DNA of 51,554 bases from a virus (Duplodnaviria > Caudoviricetes): positions 1 through 51,554 of IMG/VR virus record IMGVR_UViG_3300031920_000173; one strand, written 5' to 3'. The translations under genes were made by a program, and so were the position numbers. The notes below the pieces were generated by a model. It did not search any database and was not told the origin of the DNA. It worked only from the letters and a program-made list of their open reading frames with translations. This document shows, one piece after another, positions 20,703 through 29,522 of the stretch (position 1 is its first letter; each line of letters begins with the position of its first letter).

Positions 20703-21430
20703 ATTTTTAATGTGTTTTTTAATGTTTCTTCAATTAAATCATTATTCCATTGATTCAACGTATACGGTAACACCAATAAATAATAATTATTTTTAATAAC
20801 ATAATCACGTTTTATTTTATCTCTTTTTTTCCTTTCATTTAATCCATTTTTCCCATTAAAAAAATCAATACTTTTATAATGTTGTTTACCATTATATTCA
20901 ATTAATAAATTATAATCAGGTAAATAAAAATCATAAAATAAATATGATTTATCTATACAATCATTAAATCTTTTTTCTTGTTCATAATTTATTTTATATT
21001 TTTCTAAAAATAATCTAATTTTTTCTTCATTTCTTGATTCTTTACATCTTGGACACCCACTACCATTAAAATGATTATGTGGTGTTTGCATAAATACACC
21101 ATGTTTTTCACAAATAATTTCAATTTTAGTGTCTGAATTAATATATTTAACTAAATTATATCCATATTTATAACCATGTTTTTTTTTAGCTTTTTTCAGA
21201 AAACCATCATACGTTAAAGTGTTTAATTTAGATAATTTATCATATTGACATTTTTTACAACCATAACCACTTAAATGATCATTTGGTCTTTGTAAAAATC
21301 CACCATGTTTATTACATATAATTCTAACTTTTATCTTACTACCAACATAATCAACCAATGAATACATATATTCATTGTTGTGAATTTTAATTGCTTTTTT
21401 TATGAATTCTTCTTTTGTTGATTTTTTCAC
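20699..21430 (-). CDS. Putative homing endonuclease (two Zn-binding repeats plus a PD-(D/E)XK/Vsr-like domain)
   Basis: Two IICxKHG.F.Q.P..H..G.GCxxC repeats, then EQEKRF..C....L.YDFYLP...LLIEYNGKQHY. Confidence 0.8.
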   Translation of the reverse strand: MKKSTKEEFIKKAIKIHNNEYMYSLVDYVGSKIKVRIICNKHGGFLQRPNDHLSGYGCKKCQYDKLSKLNTLTYDGFLKKAKKKHGYKYGYNLVKYINSDTKIEIICEKHGVFMQTPHNHFNGSGCPRCKESRNEEKIRLFLEKYKINYEQEKRFNDCIDKSYLFYDFYLPDYNLLIEYNGKQHYKSIDFFNGKNGLNERKKRDKIKRDYVIKNNYYLLVLPYTLNQWNNDLIEETLKNTLKI

Positions 21431-21450
21431 AATTTAATATATTATTTTTT

Positions 21451-21459
21451 TATAAATAC
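21451..21459 (-). promoter_or_regulatory. Putative late promoter GTATTTATA
   Basis: 20 nt upstream of GTG at 21430. Confidence 0.7.
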
Positions 21460-21467
21460 TATCATTT

Positions 21468-22028
21468 TTAATTTATTAATGTTCTTAATACTTCATTAAT
21501 AATTCGAAGAAGTTTATTGTTTGTTTCAACCAACGATATTTTACCATCGGTTATATTATATATGTTAAGTTTAACATCATTATCTAAATCGGGTCGAATT
21601 GATTTATAATCATCAATATTTTCTATCATATCATCGTAAACATCAATCGTTTTAATTGTTGGATATTTTTCAAGAAAACCCTTAATAACATCATCTTTTG
21701 TTCTTTTACCGGATTTAGTTATTAATTCATCAACAACAATATTATTTAATCTAAGGATGTTCTCTAATTCCGGGCGTAATTTAAATAATCTATTTGTTAA
21801 GATAATTACATACGTATCTATGTCCTTTACATCTTTCTGTAAAAATGAATGTATTGAAGGAATTGGTTTAATGTCAAAGACATCTGTATTTAAAGTCTCT
21901 GGTTTACTCCACCACCCAATATTTGGATAATCTTCACCTGTTTTTTCCTTCCAAATTTTTTTACCTTCTTCCGGATGTGGTGTATTCATTAACGTACCAT
22001 CAAAGTCGTATACAGCTAATTTTTTCAT
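21468..22028 (-). CDS. HAD-family phosphatase (Swiss-army-knife RNA-repair HAD-like)
   Basis: VYDFDGTL.NTP.P, WWSKP..L, ILTNR, K, YDD: HAD motifs I-IV. Confidence 0.85.
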   Translation of the reverse strand: MKKLAVYDFDGTLMNTPHPEEGKKIWKEKTGEDYPNIGWWSKPETLNTDVFDIKPIPSIHSFLQKDVKDIDTYVIILTNRLFKLRPELENILRLNNIVVDELITKSGKRTKDDVIKGFLEKYPTIKTIDVYDDMIENIDDYKSIRPDLDNDVKLNIYNITDGKISLVETNNKLLRIINEVLRTLIN

Positions 22029-22043
22029 TTATATTATTTTTAA

Positions 22044-22436
22044 TTAAAGATTATAAGGAACTTCTTGTACTTTACCAACTAAATATAATGGTCTTTTTAG
22101 ATTTTCCCATTTTTGTATGTTTTTCGACATCGATGGTCTTGCCCCATTTTTTTTATTTATAGCTACAGTAATGTGTGGTTTTCCATCTATTGGTGGTAAT
22201 CCAGTTACATTAACAGCTATAGCTATAACGTTATCATCAATACCTATTTTATCAACATTTAATTTAACAGGGAGTCCTAAATATCTTTCAAATTTTTCAT
22301 CAATCTCACCAATATTAATTGTCATATGATCACCAATTTTTTCCCAATCTTCAGGGATTACATTCTGTAATTTCTTGAATAATTTAAATCTGGACCTATC
22401 GTCTAAAACAATAGCACTATATTGTATTTTTTCCAC
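22044..22436 (-). CDS. 2H phosphoesterase (2',3'-cyclic phosphodiesterase-like)
   Basis: Two HxT motifs (DHMTI, PHITVA) and an A.PSMS.NI..W tail like tRNA-ligase CPDase domains; GTG start overlapping the upstream TAG. Confidence 0.85.
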   Translation of the reverse strand: MEKIQYSAIVLDDRSRFKLFKKLQNVIPEDWEKIGDHMTINIGEIDEKFERYLGLPVKLNVDKIGIDDNVIAIAVNVTGLPPIDGKPHITVAINKKNGARPSMSKNIQKWENLKRPLYLVGKVQEVPYNL

Positions 22437-23089
22437 TAATATGAATATTTAGTTAATATGTTATAATTTTTATCCTGTGCCATTAATGCTAATTCAACCT
22501 CTTTAAGACATTCATTAATACCACCACCACATAATACAATTTTACCACCAAATCTTTGAAGAAATTCCATTAAATCAGGGATATTAATCATATCATCGGC
22601 AACTTCTAATAAATCTCTAATATCGCTTTGGTTATAATCATATTCACGCATGAATCCATTCCACATTTCATCATCTATTTCTCTACTATCATTGATATTA
22701 TGTGATATCATATATTTAATTAAATTAACAAGCTCATCATCGTCAATACCTTCATCCATACAATACCTGAAAAAAGCATAACCTTTATCATAAAATGTTG
22801 CTGAATTAACAATATCTTCATTCAACCCATTTTCAATTAACCACCTACGATATTCATTTTCATCCGGAAATCCCAAATCAGGACCGTTAAATAAAAAAGT
22901 TAATAATCTCATTTGATTATAATTTTCATTAAGAAATTGAGTAAATGAATAAATATCAAAAGTAAAACCATCTTGATATGCTGGTTGTATATCAACTGAT
23001 ATAAAATCAGCACCCGAAACAAAATTAATACCAGAATCTTCTAATAATTTATTTCTTTGTTGTTCTTTAATTAACTTTTCTTTTCTCAT
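22436..23089 (-). CDS. Isochorismatase/cysteine-hydrolase-like protein
   Basis: ISVDIQP...DKGY...VLCGGGINECL match the Asp-Lys-Cys triad layout. Confidence 0.55.
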   Translation of the reverse strand: MRKEKLIKEQQRNKLLEDSGINFVSGADFISVDIQPAYQDGFTFDIYSFTQFLNENYNQMRLLTFLFNGPDLGFPDENEYRRWLIENGLNEDIVNSATFYDKGYAFFRYCMDEGIDDDELVNLIKYMISHNINDSREIDDEMWNGFMREYDYNQSDIRDLLEVADDMINIPDLMEFLQRFGGKIVLCGGGINECLKEVELALMAQDKNYNILTKYSY

Positions 23090-26000
23090 TACCCTGTTGA
23101 TTCAATAAATTTAATATCTTTATTTGATATTTTATCTGGAGATTCATATCTCTTAGATGCTGCTCTATGAGTATAAACATAAAAACCATCTTTATCAGCA
23201 CCTAAACTAACACCATCAAAGGATTTACCTTTTACTTTTGGAATACGTAAACCACGTACTCTACCCCCTTCATGGTATGTTGAACCACCTTGAAGGTATG
23301 GTAATATTTTATCTTTCATCTCTTTTTTTATTGATTTTGATCTTAAAAGAGACTCTTTAGTGTTTTTATATTTTGAATCTTTTTTACTTTCAGTTAAATT
23401 ACCCGATTGATTTAATGAATTTAATAATTCATCTTTAATGTTTCTCAATTTACCACCGTAGACCTTAATTAATAAAGTTTTTAAAGTCTGACCTATATCT
23501 TGACCTTTATAACCAAGTCTCATAAGATCATTGCCATCAATATCTAACTCCTTTAACGTCTTCGGGAATTTCCCGGACATTAATTCATTAGCAGCTACCT
23601 TTAAATTTTGAGGTAATAATTCACTTTGTATTGTTTTAGGTGAAACAGATAACATATTATGAATTATTGATCTATTTTTAACAGGATCATTAATATTATC
23701 TGAAGATAGTGCAAAATCCAATGCTTTAATTTCTTTAAATGTATCAATATCACCCTTTAATGTTTCTTTATAAAACTCAGCAGGGTTAGGTGATAATTTA
23801 GTAAGTAGATAAATAAATTCACCCATTGTTTTAACACCTTCAAAATTATATCTATCAATCATTGATTGTTTTAAATCAAACCCAAATATATTCTTAAATA
23901 AACCAGTATCTTTTAATAATTGAGCACCATAACGAGCATCACCTTTTTGAACGATTTTATCAAACTCAGTTATTATTCTTTCTGGTGCTATCTCATTAAT
24001 TCTACGAGCATTCTTTTTAATCATTTCCAATGTTTTTGGTTCAATAGTAAAACCAAACCTTGATGCAAATTGAACAGCACGAAGCATACGAAGAGGATCA
24101 TCTGAAAATGCCTCCGGGTTAACAACCTTAATTATTTTATTCTGTAAATCCTGTTGACCACCAAATGGATCAATTAAATTACCATCAATATCCTTGGCAA
24201 TAGCATTTATAGTAAAATCTCTTCTTCTTAAATCATCTTCAATCGGTAGTTTATGATCAGATGTTACATCAAATCCTTTATGACCACCATCACCAGAGGC
24301 AACTTCAGTACGAGGAATAGCAACATCAACTTCTTCACCACCTTTTGGTGTGAATTTCAATATACCAAACGATTTACCAACAGCATCTACCTTACCATAT
24401 TGCGATAATATTGTCGCCAATTTATCCATAGGTATTCCAGTTATAAGAATATCTAAATCTTTAGATTCTTTACCTATAAATTCATCCCTTACCGCACCAC
24501 CAACAGAATATATTTTTCCACCGTGTTTTTGTATATCGTCTTTAAACGGTAATTCCTGAATTGTCATTATATTACCCTCATTTAAATTATTATTACCGTA
24601 TTTTCTCTCATTATATGTTTTAATTGAACTATCAGTATAACCCAATAATTTACCTATTCTATATGCTTCTTTTGGATTATTGTCTTTTAAATACCCACCT
24701 TTTTGCGCTAAAATTGTAAACAATTCCAATGCATCGTTCTTATATTCTGGACGATAAACAACATGAAAATTGTTTTTTTTACCTAAATCTTTTTGATTAA
24801 TTGGTCCTAATTTATTCAATCCGGATTTTTCAAAGATACTATTTATTTCATTATCTAATGAAATAAATCCAATATTTCTTTTACCGTCAATGATACTTTG
24901 TAGTGCATTGTTTTGATCTGTGACATCTTGACCATCAACTTCTTCATTTACTTCAGGTTTATCTTTTTCAATATCTTGAAGTTGAATAACATTTGGATTA
25001 TATATAATAATGTGTTTTCTACCTTCTTCTTTATTGATTATTTGACCATCATAACCTAATTGAACCATACCTCTTACAAACTCTTGTGGATTATATCTAA
25101 AGAAATCATACCATATTTGTTGAAATAAATCTTTTTCATTATCTGAGAACTCCATTAATGAATTATATGCAGCTAATACACCTGTTTCCGGGTCTTCTGC
25201 CCAATTTTGTGCATGAGATTCCCAATCCGAGGACATTTTAATTAATTTAATTATCTCTTCCTGTGATATATCTTCATGTGATGATTCATCAACTAATTTT
25301 CTTGGGGATAATCTTACAACATGAACATATTCACCATATCCTCTTGCATCATCATAAGATGTTGTAAAATATATACCCGGACCTTCTTGATCTGTTGCTT
25401 CATTAGCACCAACAAATTCATCTGAGAAATTCTTAATCTCTTTTGGTGAACCATGATATACTAAATAACCACCACCTTCAGTTACTTCATTAATTTCCAA
25501 TGCTCTGCGTGATCTTTTAATATTTTCAGGGATGAAATCATATGTAGGATTCTTTGCTTTTGTTTTATCTAATATATTAACAATATTATCTAAGTTTTCT
25601 TCAACATATTCATCGCTCGTATATGACTCACTTAAATAAAAATCATTAGTATCACCATTTCTCTGTAATCCAATAAACCTTTTATGATCTTTCGGGTAAT
25701 CAAATTCAATTGGTAATTGATATCCCCTTTGATTGAACAATCTTGATATGGTTGTGTGAATATAATTATGACTATCAATTAAATATAAATTACCATTACT
25801 ATCAGCAATACCTCTGATGTATGGTTTCATTCTATCAATGGATTTTGGATTAATAAACATTTCATCACCATTAGGTCCATGAGCAACAAAATCTTCATCA
25901 ATAAATTCTTGATATGTTTCACGAACAATTTCACTTAATTTATTTTCTTCTTTTGACGAATTAACTAAATTCCAAATATATCTATGGAATTCATCATATC

Positions 26001-26814
26001 CCATATCCGGAGCTAATTTTTTAATTGGATTAGATTTAATTTTAAGATTAACATTTAAGGGTTTATTCAATATTTTAGCAGCATAGTATCTATGGTGACC
26101 ATCATCAACATAAAATTTATCATTTTCATATACAACATCAACAGGTTCACTTAAATCAATACTATTAGCATATTCTTCATCAGAAAGACCTTTATGTTTT
26201 ATCTCATGCTTGACATTATCAAGATCATCTTTCCATTTAATATTTAATTGATCCGGCATTAATTGTTTCACATTTTCTTCTGTAAAACCATGAGCTACCA
26301 TATCAAGTAATTCAATTGGTAAACCACCACTTCTTAATAATTCTTCATCTGATTTAAATTTCGAAACATAATCTTTTATTTCAGGTGTGATATTAAACAC
26401 ATTCTCACTACCATCTTCATTTATTGATTTAAATTCTAAATTTGAAATATCACCTTGATTACAAGCAGCAGAAGTATTACCTAAACCACCAAGTCTACAT
26501 TTTTTCTTAACAGTAACTGTCTTTGAATTTGGCATGTATGATTTTTTTCTTTCTTCACTAAGTTCAAATTCATCCTTAGTTGCATCATCAACATGTGAAT
26601 ATTCTAAATCTTCATTAACATCATCATTACACCCAACACAATTATCGCTTGTGAATTTTTCACCACCATATTCTTGAACTGTGTCCGGTTGAAGTGCCCA
26701 AAATGAATTGCGGGTTTCTTTACCATCGGTAAAGTCTTGATAAATTTGACCTCTATTTAAATCAAGAAGTTCTGAAATTATAATTTTCCTTATTTTTAAT
26801 GGTATTTTACTCAT
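23089..26814 (-). CDS. Polyvalent multidomain protein: ParB-like, ADP-ribosyltransferase-like and class II CCA-adding tRNA nucleotidyltransferase domains plus unknown domains
   Basis: DDGHHR (about 26090); VYHGS...GPGIYFT...A.GYG...LGYDG (24960-25476); GGAVRD..KDLDI, RRDFTINA, DDPLRMLRA.QF, ERI (23400-24576). Confidence 0.9.
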   Translation of the reverse strand: MSKIPLKIRKIIISELLDLNRGQIYQDFTDGKETRNSFWALQPDTVQEYGGEKFTSDNCVGCNDDVNEDLEYSHVDDATKDEFELSEERKKSYMPNSKTVTVKKKCRLGGLGNTSAACNQGDISNLEFKSINEDGSENVFNITPEIKDYVSKFKSDEELLRSGGLPIELLDMVAHGFTEENVKQLMPDQLNIKWKDDLDNVKHEIKHKGLSDEEYANSIDLSEPVDVVYENDKFYVDDGHHRYYAAKILNKPLNVNLKIKSNPIKKLAPDMGYDEFHRYIWNLVNSSKEENKLSEIVRETYQEFIDEDFVAHGPNGDEMFINPKSIDRMKPYIRGIADSNGNLYLIDSHNYIHTTISRLFNQRGYQLPIEFDYPKDHKRFIGLQRNGDTNDFYLSESYTSDEYVEENLDNIVNILDKTKAKNPTYDFIPENIKRSRRALEINEVTEGGGYLVYHGSPKEIKNFSDEFVGANEATDQEGPGIYFTTSYDDARGYGEYVHVVRLSPRKLVDESSHEDISQEEIIKLIKMSSDWESHAQNWAEDPETGVLAAYNSLMEFSDNEKDLFQQIWYDFFRYNPQEFVRGMVQLGYDGQIINKEEGRKHIIIYNPNVIQLQDIEKDKPEVNEEVDGQDVTDQNNALQSIIDGKRNIGFISLDNEINSIFEKSGLNKLGPINQKDLGKKNNFHVVYRPEYKNDALELFTILAQKGGYLKDNNPKEAYRIGKLLGYTDSSIKTYNERKYGNNNLNEGNIMTIQELPFKDDIQKHGGKIYSVGGAVRDEFIGKESKDLDILITGIPMDKLATILSQYGKVDAVGKSFGILKFTPKGGEEVDVAIPRTEVASGDGGHKGFDVTSDHKLPIEDDLRRRDFTINAIAKDIDGNLIDPFGGQQDLQNKIIKVVNPEAFSDDPLRMLRAVQFASRFGFTIEPKTLEMIKKNARRINEIAPERIITEFDKIVQKGDARYGAQLLKDTGLFKNIFGFDLKQSMIDRYNFEGVKTMGEFIYLLTKLSPNPAEFYKETLKGDIDTFKEIKALDFALSSDNINDPVKNRSIIHNMLSVSPKTIQSELLPQNLKVAANELMSGKFPKTLKELDIDGNDLMRLGYKGQDIGQTLKTLLIKVYGGKLRNIKDELLNSLNQSGNLTESKKDSKYKNTKESLLRSKSIKKEMKDKILPYLQGGSTYHEGGRVRGLRIPKVKGKSFDGVSLGADKDGFYVYTHRAASKRYESPDKISNKDIKFIESTG

Positions 26815-26842
26815 TACCTAACATGAATTATTGTATATATAT

Positions 26843-26851
26843 CATAAATAC
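26843..26851 (-). promoter_or_regulatory. Putative late promoter variant GTATTTATG
   Basis: 28 nt upstream of start at 26814. Confidence 0.65.
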
Positions 26852-26875
26852 AATAAAAACATTTAAAAATAAGGT

Positions 26876-27568
26876 CTACTTACTACCTTTCTTCTTTTTA
26901 TTTTTATCCTGTAATTCTCTAATGACATCGACAACCATATTTTTAATGAAATCACGATTTTCATTTAATAATGTTTCTATGATTGCAGGACTTTCATTAA
27001 TAACACCTTTTATTCTTTCTTCGGTGAATAAATTAACAACCGTATTTTTCATCGCACCTTCAACAATAATTTGAAAATTTTGATCAATTACATTCTTCAC
27101 AGTGTGTTGTAACTGTCCCTCGTTTAATACACCCTGATGTGTTGGTGTTACCCCCTGTGTTGGTGTTGGATAATTTACTGGATTACCATTAGGAGAACCC
27201 CTAAATAGTTCTTTAGTTCTTCTTTCCATTTCCTCATACATCCCCATTTCTCTACCATCACCATTATTCGGTACTGGTTGATTGTTCTGTGGTGATACTG
27301 GCACATTTACAACAGGTGGTGCTGTCTTTAAATCAGATGCCATTGCTGTTCTTTTTGGAGATTCACCTAATTTTTCACTTGTTCTAACTTCAACTTCAGA
27401 AATCATTTGAGTTGCTTCACTAGGTTGTCCAGATTGAAGTGAATTTATTAAACCCTGTAAAAATATATCTTTTTTTTGTACATTATTACCGCTTTCATTA
27501 ACCTGTCCAGTTGCAGCTTTTCTTTTATTAATTTCTTCTTTTACTCCAGTTAAGTCTATTTCTGCCAT
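26876..27568 (-). CDS. Hypothetical protein (helical ends, Pro/Gln/Asn-rich linker, several xNE motifs)
   Basis: 230-aa ORF with its own promoter motif. Confidence 0.6.
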   Translation of the reverse strand: MAEIDLTGVKEEINKRKAATGQVNESGNNVQKKDIFLQGLINSLQSGQPSEATQMISEVEVRTSEKLGESPKRTAMASDLKTAPPVVNVPVSPQNNQPVPNNGDGREMGMYEEMERRTKELFRGSPNGNPVNYPTPTQGVTPTHQGVLNEGQLQHTVKNVIDQNFQIIVEGAMKNTVVNLFTEERIKGVINESPAIIETLLNENRDFIKNMVVDVIRELQDKNKKKKGSK

Positions 27569-27598
27569 TATTTTAAATTATAAAATTTTATTATTTTT

Positions 27599-27607
27599 TA
27601 TAAATAC
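27599..27607 (-). promoter_or_regulatory. Putative late promoter GTATTTATA
   Basis: 30 nt upstream of start at 27568. Confidence 0.7.
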
Positions 27608-27628
27608 TTAGATTTAAAGAAAAAGTCT

Positions 27629-28462
27629 TTAATTTATTGTTTTTTCTTGTGTATTAAAAAATTCAGTTGGTTTTTCAACATCCGGAAGTATAAATTTAGT
27701 ATATAAATCTTTTAAATTACCAACAACCTGTTCAGGTGGTAATTTATTTTTAACATTTTCATCTTTTAATACCATATCACCCTTTTCAGTTTGAACAATC
27801 CACATCTTATTTGGTGATTTTTTCTTAATTTTTTTATTTATATCCCATAAATGACGTACTTCATCTTTAGTAACATCTCTTGTTTTTTCTGCTGCTTTAA
27901 AGAATCGTTTAAATCCGGGTGTTTGTGTATCAAAAGCAGACTTAGTTTTAACAACATCTGGTTGATTAATTGTATCAATATTTTTAAATTCAGTACCTTT
28001 TTTTGATTGAATAGTAACTGCAGCAAATATATTTGCCATATCTTTATCAGCGGGATTATAATTATTCGGTGCTTTTGTATCACTGAATTTCTCACCAGTT
28101 GGTAATATTGATGATATTTTATCCATACGAAATAATCTCCATCCGGGTTTAATTCTACCTTTAGTATCAAACTCATATTCATGTCCTTGTCTTTTTCTAT
28201 TAGTTAAACCAGCATAACTATCACTAGAACCAGCATCTTGCCATGCTCTTAGAACCTCATTTCCTGAATCACCGTGCACACCAAACACATATGGTTTAAT
28301 GGTTCTGTATCCTTTTAATACAGTATCATCACCTGAATAATAAATATAAAGAATTTTTCGACCATTAATAGCATCAATTATATCATTATTAGACGCTTCT
28401 TTTAATAATCTTTTTCTAGAATTCTTAATATTTGAGAATAATATTTTCTTCTCTGTTGACAT
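27629..28462 (-). CDS. WYL-domain protein (no HTH)
   Basis: IIDAI..R..L.I.Y...R.IKPY..G...LRAWQ...WRLFRMDKI..I. Confidence 0.8.
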   Translation of the reverse strand: MSTEKKILFSNIKNSRKRLLKEASNNDIIDAINGRKILYIYYSGDDTVLKGYRTIKPYVFGVHGDSGNEVLRAWQDAGSSDSYAGLTNRKRQGHEYEFDTKGRIKPGWRLFRMDKISSILPTGEKFSDTKAPNNYNPADKDMANIFAAVTIQSKKGTEFKNIDTINQPDVVKTKSAFDTQTPGFKRFFKAAEKTRDVTKDEVRHLWDINKKIKKKSPNKMWIVQTEKGDMVLKDENVKNKLPPEQVVGNLKDLYTKFILPDVEKPTEFFNTQEKTIN

Positions 28463-28701
28463 TACGCAGTACTATCGTTATATTCACGATTAGAATTATA
28501 TTTATTACTTGCAATTTGTTTTTGTCTGGTTTTAATATCAGTTAAACTACCAGCTTGACAATTATTCATTCCCTTACCTTTCTCATCACCGTCTGACATA
28601 GCGTTGGGATGTGAAACACTATACTCATCATTTCCATCAAATTCATTTCTTGCTATTTCTTTTTTTCTAAATTCAGCACCGCTTTTTTCTAATTTACTCA
28701 T
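28462..28701 (-). CDS. Small hypothetical protein with an internal repeat
   Basis: RKKEIARNEFDGNDEY / RQKQIASNKYNSNREY; coupled to the WYL gene. Confidence 0.6.
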   Translation of the reverse strand: MSKLEKSGAEFRKKEIARNEFDGNDEYSVSHPNAMSDGDEKGKGMNNCQAGSLTDIKTRQKQIASNKYNSNREYNDSTA

Positions 28702-28732
28702 TTTTGGTTATTATTATATAATATTATTTTAT

Positions 28733-28741
28733 TATAAATAC
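28733..28741 (-). promoter_or_regulatory. Putative late promoter GTATTTATA
   Basis: 31 nt upstream of start at 28701. Confidence 0.7.
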
Positions 28742-28742
28742 T

Positions 28743-29522
28743 TTAATCATATTTCTTAAATGCTAAATTCACATAATCAATTAAATTAGGTACACGATCT
28801 AAAAATTTTATTTCTTGTGGAGAATACCAACCATAATGAGTATTTTCACTTTTATCAAGTTCTATATCATGATCATCACCATTATATCTCGCAACAAAAA
28901 TATGTTCAGCACTATCTGGATTTCTTTGAATATCATATGAATGTATAAATTTATCAATATCTAAATCTGTTTCTTCTTTAATTTCTCTTTGACATGCAAC
29001 TCTTGGTTCTTCACCATCTTCAATACCACCACCAACTAATGACCATTTACCCGGTTGCCAAATTTCAGGATTTTCAACTCTCTTTAACAGTAATATCTTA
29101 TTATCCTTATTAACTATGATACCTAAAGCATTTTGTTTAACTTCTTTTTCTTCATCAGCTTCATTTAATCTAGGATTACCTTCGGGTTTCAAACCTTGAT
29201 TAACATCAACAGACATATCTTGTTTAATTTCTTTAGATTTATCAACAGCATTTCTCTCTCTCCCCAAAGTTACGTCAATAAATTCCCTCATTGCATTACC
29301 CCCGGCAAGATTATATTCTTCACTACTATCTTTTGTTTGATCAAAATGATCAAAATAGTTTTTTAATCTTTTTAAATTCTGATACGTTACATTACCATTT
29401 TTAAGTAGGTATTTTGCCCTTTTAACTCCATTACCCGTTCCAGTATTCATTAATGCAGATTGTACCGTAGAAAGGATGTTAGGTGGTAAATTAAACGTTT
29501 TATTATATAGTTCCTTATTCAT
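28743..29522 (-). CDS. Nudix hydrolase with an extra N-terminal helical domain
   Basis: Nudix box GGIEDGEEPRVACQREIKEETDL. Confidence 0.9.
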   Translation of the reverse strand: MNKELYNKTFNLPPNILSTVQSALMNTGTGNGVKRAKYLLKNGNVTYQNLKRLKNYFDHFDQTKDSSEEYNLAGGNAMREFIDVTLGRERNAVDKSKEIKQDMSVDVNQGLKPEGNPRLNEADEEKEVKQNALGIIVNKDNKILLLKRVENPEIWQPGKWSLVGGGIEDGEEPRVACQREIKEETDLDIDKFIHSYDIQRNPDSAEHIFVARYNGDDHDIELDKSENTHYGWYSPQEIKFLDRVPNLIDYVNLAFKKYD

